Shown: one piece after another, positions 59,074-64,000 of the stretch | How the letters are laid out: every line of letters begins with the position of its first letter | How positions within the stretch are numbered: the first letter of the stretch is position 1 | From: Thermoleophilia bacterium | GTDB taxonomy: Bacteria; Actinomycetota; Thermoleophilia; Gaiellales; F1-60-MAGs149 | Direction: 5' to 3' | NCBI GenBank assembly: GCA_037133755.1 | Contig: JBAXNN010000002.1 | Coordinates: 26,595-90,594 of the forward strand | DNA: 64,000 nt | Program-made: the position numbers and the translations under genes | The notes under the pieces: generated by a model | What the model was told of the DNA's origin: nothing | The model's input: only the letters and a program-made list of their open reading frames with translations | The model's database searches: none

Positions 59074-59144
59074 GTTCGGCCTCCTGTGGGGTGCAAGCGT
59101 ACGCGAATGACGGGGGGTGCCTCTTGACACCTTCGGAGAACGAT

Positions 59145-59161
59145 TGGATACTGGATCCAAT
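59145..59161. promoter_or_regulatory. Candidate operator TGGATACTGGATCCAAT in the divergent promoter region 59074..59183
   Basis: It matches the 52083..52099 motif at 16 of 17 positions. It extends to the palindrome ATTGGAT-actgg-ATCCAAT. A TTGACA-like hexamer lies at 59124. Confidence 0.35.
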
Positions 59162-59183
59162 CTGCTCTGGAGGATCGTTTCCG

Positions 59184-60650
59184 ATGGCTGCAACCGAGAC
59201 TAGTTCCAACGTGGCGGCGCGCACCGGCGCCGAATTCCTCGAGGGTCTGCGCAACGACAAGGATCGCGAGATCTGGATCGGCGGCGAGTGCGTCACGAAC
59301 CCGATGGATCACGAGTTCCTGGCCACGGGTGCCGAGGCGATCGCGCGCGTCTTCGACACGCAGCACGAGCACGCCGAGGTCTGCCTCGCGCCGAATCCCG
59401 ATGACGGCCGCCTCGTCAACCGCACGCACCTGATCCCGCGCAGCAAGGACGATCTCGAGAAGCGCCGTGCGTCGATGGAGATCATCGCGGGCGCGACGGG
59501 CGGGATGATGGGCCGCGTCCCCGACTACCTCAACGTGACGTTCGCCTGCTTCGCCGGAGCGTCGGAGGTGTGGGCGCGCCGCGGCAACGAGCGCGGCGCG
59601 GAGAACATCGTCAACTACCAGAAGCTGATGCGCGATCGGGATCTCTCGACGACGCACGCGATCATGAATCCCGTCGCTGACCGCTCGAAGTCGGATGCCC
59701 AGCAGATGGGCGGCGAGATCTCCCTGCACAAGGTTGGCGAGTGCGCGGAGGGCATCATCGTCCGTGGCGCGCGCATGCTCGCGACCCTCGCGCCGTTCGC
59801 CGACGAGATCTCGGTCTATCCCGGCTCGCCCCTGCAGGAGGGTGACGAGGCCTACGCGCTTGCGTTCGCGCTGCCGATGTCGACGCCGGGCCTGCGGTTC
59901 ATCTGCCGCGATTCGTTCGCGAAGCCGAAGAGCACCTTCGACTACCCGTTGAGCGCGCGCTTTGACGAGATGGACGCCGTCGTGATCTTCGACGACGTCG
60001 TCGTGCCCTGGGATCGCCTCTTCCTCGACGGCGATCTCGAGGGTTACGACGAGGTCATCACCGACTCCGGCTGGCGTGGCCACATCATGCACCAGGCCTT
60101 CACCCGGTCCTACGTGAAGCTGATGTTCGCGTTCGGGCTCGGCCACGCGATGGCGCAGACCACGGGCGTGGCGCGCTTCGACCACATCCAGGAGAAGCTC
60201 GGCCAGATCTGGAACATGACCGAGCTCACGCGCTCGGCGCTCGTTGCCGCGGAGGCCGATTCGTTCCTCGACAACCACGGCGTCTGGTATCCGCATGATC
60301 GCCCGCTGATGGCGCTGCGCGGCGAGATGCCGAAGTGGCTGCCCCGTACGCACGAGCTGCTGCAGCTGATCGGCGGCGGGTCGTTCATGGCGACCCCGTC
60401 CGAGGCCGACTTCAACTCGGCGATCCGCGGCGACATCGAGAAGTACTTCCAGGCCGCCGGTGGCAACGCCGAGCAGCGTGTACGCATCTTCCGTCTCGCG
60501 TGGGACTTCATCGGCTCCGACCTCGGCGGGCGCAGCGAGCTCTACGAGCGCTTCTACCTGTCGGACTCGTGGCGGATGACGCAGCTGGCCTACCGCACGG
60601 CGGACACCACGTTCGCCGAGTCGCTGGTCGACCAGTTCATGCACGACTAA
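59184..60650 (+). CDS. HpaB-family (4-hydroxyphenylacetate 3-monooxygenase-like) flavin-dependent oxygenase component
   Basis: The start is at MAATETSSNVAARTGAEFLEGLRND, preceded by GGAGGA. It is 488 aa with GGMMGRVPDYLN and NPVADRSK. The length and N-terminus are typical of the HpaB family. Confidence 0.8.
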   Translation: MAATETSSNVAARTGAEFLEGLRNDKDREIWIGGECVTNPMDHEFLATGAEAIARVFDTQHEHAEVCLAPNPDDGRLVNRTHLIPRSKDDLEKRRASMEIIAGATGGMMGRVPDYLNVTFACFAGASEVWARRGNERGAENIVNYQKLMRDRDLSTTHAIMNPVADRSKSDAQQMGGEISLHKVGECAEGIIVRGARMLATLAPFADEISVYPGSPLQEGDEAYALAFALPMSTPGLRFICRDSFAKPKSTFDYPLSARFDEMDAVVIFDDVVVPWDRLFLDGDLEGYDEVITDSGWRGHIMHQAFTRSYVKLMFAFGLGHAMAQTTGVARFDHIQEKLGQIWNMTELTRSALVAAEADSFLDNHGVWYPHDRPLMALRGEMPKWLPRTHELLQLIGGGSFMATPSEADFNSAIRGDIEKYFQAAGGNAEQRVRIFRLAWDFIGSDLGGRSELYERFYLSDSWRMTQLAYRTADTTFAESLVDQFMHD

Positions 60651-60833
60651 TCGGATTTTTCCGATGACTCTGTCTGAATAGATCGGCTTCCCTTTCGAGG
60701 GTCGCGACCGATGGTCCGGGCGTGCGGCTGGCGCGACGGCTTCCGTAGTAAACCGCGCTTGCGTTCGCGTAGATCGCCGTAGTACCGTCCGGTGCACGGT
60801 GTCCGTCCGGCACCTCTCTGCCTGGAGCGCCCC

Positions 60834-63800
60834 GTGAACCCGAATCGCCGTTCGATCTTCCTTCGTAGCGGTGTGGCGGCGACGGCGCTGGTGGGCGCGG
60901 CCTTCATTGCGGGTCCGGCTGCTGCGGCTGAGCAGGGAGCAGCGGTCGACGCGTCGACGTCGCGCGTGGCGCGTGCCACGGGCGAGGTGCCTCAGACGCT
61001 GCCCGACTTCCGTGCGCTGATCTCGAGCGAGGCCGGCTGTGTCGCCAACGCCGAGTACATGGCCCGTCACCTGCAGTGGTCGGTCAACAGTCCGCGTGTC
61101 AGCCAGAGCACGGTCGTGCGCGTGATCGCGCGTATCAAGCGGGCGTCGGCGCCGTGCAACAACTTGCTGTTTCGCAACGGCAATCGGGTGCATCCCGATG
61201 CCGGCATCCTGACGGGCAACGGCTTCAGCTTCAAGGCAGCCACCTGCACTGGCGCCGAGGCATGCGACGGCGGTAACGGCGGCCTGCTGATGGGTTCCGG
61301 TGGCAACGGCGCCAACGGCGGTGACGGCGGCGACGCCGGCTGGTACAGCGGTCGTGCCGGCAACGGCGGCGACGCGGTTGTGGCAGGCCAAGACGGCGGC
61401 GACGGCGGCCGCGCCGGTCGCGTCGGCGCGGGCGGCAATGGCGGCGCTGGCCTGGAGAGCGGCGACGGCGGCAATGGCGGCAGGGGCGGCCTCCTGAGCG
61501 GCAACGGCGGCAATGGCGGTAACGGCGGCAGCGCGACGACGGCGGGCCAGGCTGGTGGCGATGGCGGCGCCGGTGGTCGTGCCGTGGCGAAGAAGGGCGT
61601 CGGCGGCCGCGGCGGGGCAGGCGGGGCAGGCGCGGCAGGCGCCGCGGGGGCGACCGGCACAACCGGGTCCGGTGTCGGGGTCGCTGGCGGAACCGGTGGC
61701 AACGGCGGTAACGGTGGCAGCGGTGGCAACGGTGGTGCTGGCGGCAGTGCACCCAAGGGAGTCGCAGGCAACGGCGGCGCCGGCGGTGCTGCGGGCAACG
61801 CAGGCAACGGCGGTGCAGGCGGTGCGGGCTACGACGGCGTCACAGCCGGCGAGAACGGCTCGAGCGGCGGCACGGGCGGCCTGTCCGGCACGCCGGGCGC
61901 AGCGGGCAAGGGTGGCGCCGCGGGTGCCGGCGCAGCCGCAGGTTCCGCTGGCGCGGCAGGTGACGCCGCGTCGGTCGCCGTCGCGGGTGCTGGCGGTCGA
62001 GGCGGCAACGGCGCTGGAGCACTTGCCAACGTCGCGGGTGCCAGTGGTGGCAACGGCGGCACAGGTGGTGCCGCCACGGGCAGTGGTCGCGCGGGTGCCG
62101 GCGGCATTGGCGGCAACGGCGGCGCTGGCGGTACCGGCACGGCGGGTACGCTGACGGCAGTAGCCGGTGTCGGCAAGGCCGGCGGTAGCGGTGGCAACGG
62201 CGGTACCGGCGGTGTGGCGGCTACGGGAGTGGCCGGAGCTGGCGGGGTTGGCGGTAACGCAGGCGTAGGTGGTACCGGTGGCGCCGGATTCAACGGCGTT
62301 GGCGCCAATGGCGCCAACGGTGGTGCAGCGGGCGCGGCAGGTAACGGCGGCACCGGAGGAGCGACCACGTCGGGTACCGCCGGCGTTGGCGGTGCCGGCG
62401 GCGACGGCGCACGCGGTGGCAGTGGCGGCCTTGGCAATCTCGGGGGTAACGGCGGCAACGGTGGAGCGGCAGGTGCTGGCGGTGCCGGTGGTTCGGGCGG
62501 CAGTGCGGCCTCCGGAGGCACCAACGGCAACGGCGGCGCAGGCGGCAATGGCGGTGCCGGCGGATCCGGAGCCAACGGCGGCGCCGGTGACCCAATCGCA
62601 GGTGCTACGGCGAACGGTGGCAATGGCGGCAACGGCGGAGCCAGTGCCGCAGCTGGTACGGGAGGTTCCGCTGGTAGCGGTGGTATCGGTGGCGCGAGCG
62701 GCGCCAGTGGTACCGCTGCCACTGCGAGCAACGGCGGCAACGGCGGTGCTGGCTGGGACTCGACTGTCGCGGGCGTGGCGGGCGGCGTGGGTGGTAACGG
62801 CGGTGATGTTGGTAGCGGTGCGGGTGGTAGCGGCGGTAACGGTGGTGCCGGGGGCGCCGGCTTCGTCGGCGTTGACGCAACCGCCTTGGCCGCCGCGTCG
62901 GCGGGTACGAGCGGGGGTAGCGGAGGTGCCGGGGGTGCATCAACGAGCGGCAATGGTGGCGCGGGTGGCGCGGGTGGCGCGGGTGGCGCCGGTGGCGACG
63001 GCCTCGTCGGCGGTGCGCAGGCGCTTGCAAGCGGCGAGGCCGGCGGTACTGGTGGCGCGGGTGGCGCTGGCGGTTCAGTGAGGACAGGGATCGCCGGCAA
63101 TGGCGGCGCGGGCGGAGGAGCCGGCGCAGGCGGCGACACCGCTGTCGGCGCGTCTGGTGTGATCGGACAGGTCGGCGGTCCGGGCCGCAGCGGCGGCGCG
63201 GGCGGCGCTGGTGGAGACGCGACGGGTGGCCGTGCGGGCAACGGCGGCGCTGGCGGTGCTGGAAGCACCGGAGGCGCGGGCGGCGGGTCCAACCTCAGCG
63301 GCAACTCCGGCGGCAACGGCGGTGCCGCGGGTGCCGGCGGGGCCGGCGGTCCTGGCGGAAATGCGGCCGGCACCAACGGAAATGGCGGCAATGGAGGTAG
63401 GGCCGGCAACGGCGGCGCAGGTGGCGCGGGCTTGGCTGGCACGCTTGGCAATGCGGGTACGTCGGGCGGCGCGGGTGGCTCGGCCACTGCTGCCCCCGGC
63501 GCCGCAGGCGCAGCAGGTTCTGGCGCCGGCTCGGCGGGCACTGCGGGCACCGCTGGTGCCTACGGCAATGGTGGCGCGGGCGGCGCTGGCGGCGCTGGCT
63601 TCGTCGGCGTCGATGCCACGAACGCAAGCGCTTCCGTGGCTGGTACCAGCGGTGGCAGTGGCGGTGCCGGCGGCGATGCGACCGGTGGGAACGCGGGTAA
63701 CGGCGGCAACGGTGGCAACGGCGGCAACGGCGGCAACGGCTTTTCGCCCGTGGCCAATCCCGGTGGGTCGAATGGTGGCAGCGCTGGTAGCGGCGGCGCT

Positions 63801-64000
63801 GGCGGCGCTGCGACAACAGGCTCCGGTGGTAACGGCGGTGCCGCCGGCACCGCGGGCAATGGCGGTAACTCGCTTGGCGGCTCTGCGAGCGGCGGTGCTG
63901 CAGGCAGCGGTGCCGCTGGCGGCGCGGGTGGTACGAGCAGCGGCAGCGGCGGCAACGGTGGCAACGGCGGTAACGGTTCGTCTGGCGGTAACGGCGGCAC
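60834..64000 (+). CDS. Large secreted glycine-repeat (PGRS-like) protein, partial; continues beyond the window
   Basis: The frame is open from GTG 60834 (GGAG lies 7 nt upstream) to the window end, more than 1055 codons, so it is not in the ORF track. The N-terminus VNPNRRSIFLRSGVAATALVGAAFIAGPAAAAEQ looks like a Tat/Sec signal. A four-Cys domain follows, then continuous GGxGGxGG repeats (GGNGGLLMGSGGNGANGGDGG...). Confidence 0.75.
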   Translation, partial: MNPNRRSIFLRSGVAATALVGAAFIAGPAAAAEQGAAVDASTSRVARATGEVPQTLPDFRALISSEAGCVANAEYMARHLQWSVNSPRVSQSTVVRVIARIKRASAPCNNLLFRNGNRVHPDAGILTGNGFSFKAATCTGAEACDGGNGGLLMGSGGNGANGGDGGDAGWYSGRAGNGGDAVVAGQDGGDGGRAGRVGAGGNGGAGLESGDGGNGGRGGLLSGNGGNGGNGGSATTAGQAGGDGGAGGRAVAKKGVGGRGGAGGAGAAGAAGATGTTGSGVGVAGGTGGNGGNGGSGGNGGAGGSAPKGVAGNGGAGGAAGNAGNGGAGGAGYDGVTAGENGSSGGTGGLSGTPGAAGKGGAAGAGAAAGSAGAAGDAASVAVAGAGGRGGNGAGALANVAGASGGNGGTGGAATGSGRAGAGGIGGNGGAGGTGTAGTLTAVAGVGKAGGSGGNGGTGGVAATGVAGAGGVGGNAGVGGTGGAGFNGVGANGANGGAAGAAGNGGTGGATTSGTAGVGGAGGDGARGGSGGLGNLGGNGGNGGAAGAGGAGGSGGSAASGGTNGNGGAGGNGGAGGSGANGGAGDPIAGATANGGNGGNGGASAAAGTGGSAGSGGIGGASGASGTAATASNGGNGGAGWDSTVAGVAGGVGGNGGDVGSGAGGSGGNGGAGGAGFVGVDATALAAASAGTSGGSGGAGGASTSGNGGAGGAGGAGGAGGDGLVGGAQALASGEAGGTGGAGGAGGSVRTGIAGNGGAGGGAGAGGDTAVGASGVIGQVGGPGRSGGAGGAGGDATGGRAGNGGAGGAGSTGGAGGGSNLSGNSGGNGGAAGAGGAGGPGGNAAGTNGNGGNGGRAGNGGAGGAGLAGTLGNAGTSGGAGGSATAAPGAAGAAGSGAGSAGTAGTAGAYGNGGAGGAGGAGFVGVDATNASASVAGTSGGSGGAGGDATGGNAGNGGNGGNGGNGGNGFSPVANPGGSNGGSAGSGGAGGAATTGSGGNGGAAGTAGNGGNSLGGSASGGAAGSGAAGGAGGTSSGSGGNGGNGGNGSSGGNGG

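Noticed and set aside
61067-64000. Long proline-rich minus-strand ORFs (61067..61807, 61829..63550, 63560..64000), plus the plus-strand Ala/Arg-rich ORFs at 61513..62154 and 62269..63081.
   Set aside because: These are antisense or out-of-frame shadows of GGN-rich coding DNA, because GGC read on the opposite strand gives GCC/CCG. The frame from 60834 has a ribosome-binding site, a signal peptide and a non-repetitive N-terminal domain. It is uninterrupted to the window end, whereas the Pro-rich frames are broken into pieces.
60834-64000. A CRISPR array or non-coding satellite, considered because of the dense short repeats.
   Set aside because: There is no repeat-spacer periodicity of 25-40 bp with unique spacers. 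The repeats are 3-nt periodic, stay in one open frame, and encode a coherent Gly-rich protein.

Overview
The window is a very GC-rich bacterial chromosome segment with strong third-codon-position GC bias. Gene content and order look like an Actinomycetota or deep Gram-positive core region. I support about 60 protein-coding genes, many joined by 1-4 nt stop/start overlaps (ATGA, GTGA, TGATG).

Gene layout:
- 1-6 kb (minus strand): mmsA, SufE-like, rhodanese, two paralogous alpha/beta hydrolases, DUF72, puuE.
- 6-36.7 kb (plus strand): a long housekeeping run of murI, an iscS-like gene, an IscU-like::mnmA fusion, alaS, ruvX, mltG, aroE, an A24 peptidase, [FTR1 insertion], aroC, an aroK-aroB fusion, aroQ, pepP, efp, [PycB-like::BCCP], accC, nusB, xseB, a polyprenyl synthase, tlyA, nadK, recN, a cyclase, pyrG, an M20 peptidase and ald.
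- 36.7-46.4 kb: a Xer recombinase, a small toxin-antitoxin-like pair, mutM, grx, recO, glyQ, glyS, a ppsR-like gene, pdxH and a GntR regulator.
- 46.6-60.7 kb: an accessory-looking catabolic island. It holds a meta-cleavage-type operon with glutamine-synthetase-like and acetoacetate-decarboxylase-like genes, a permease, an acyl-CoA-dehydrogenase-fold enzyme, a NicD/NicX-like 2,5-dihydroxypyridine module, a nitrilase-superfamily hydrolase and an HpaB-family monooxygenase.
- 60.8 kb to the window end: a very large PGRS-like glycine-repeat secreted protein. The supplied ORF track misses it because its frame never closes inside the window.

I found no rRNA, tRNA, CRISPR array, transposase or phage gene.

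Most interesting items:
1. The glycine-repeat protein.
2. A carboxyltransferase-like domain with all four metal-ligand positions substituted, fused to an AccB-type BCCP in the accB slot.
3. A 17-bp palindrome shared by the two divergent promoter regions of the catabolic island.
4. A candidate ydaO-type c-di-AMP riboswitch in a 494-nt leader.
5. Three families of structured intergenic palindromic repeats, one of which shows compensatory base changes.

Limits: all family assignments come from reading translated motifs by eye. No database search, covariance model or statistic was run. Start codons are often uncertain by tens of nucleotides.
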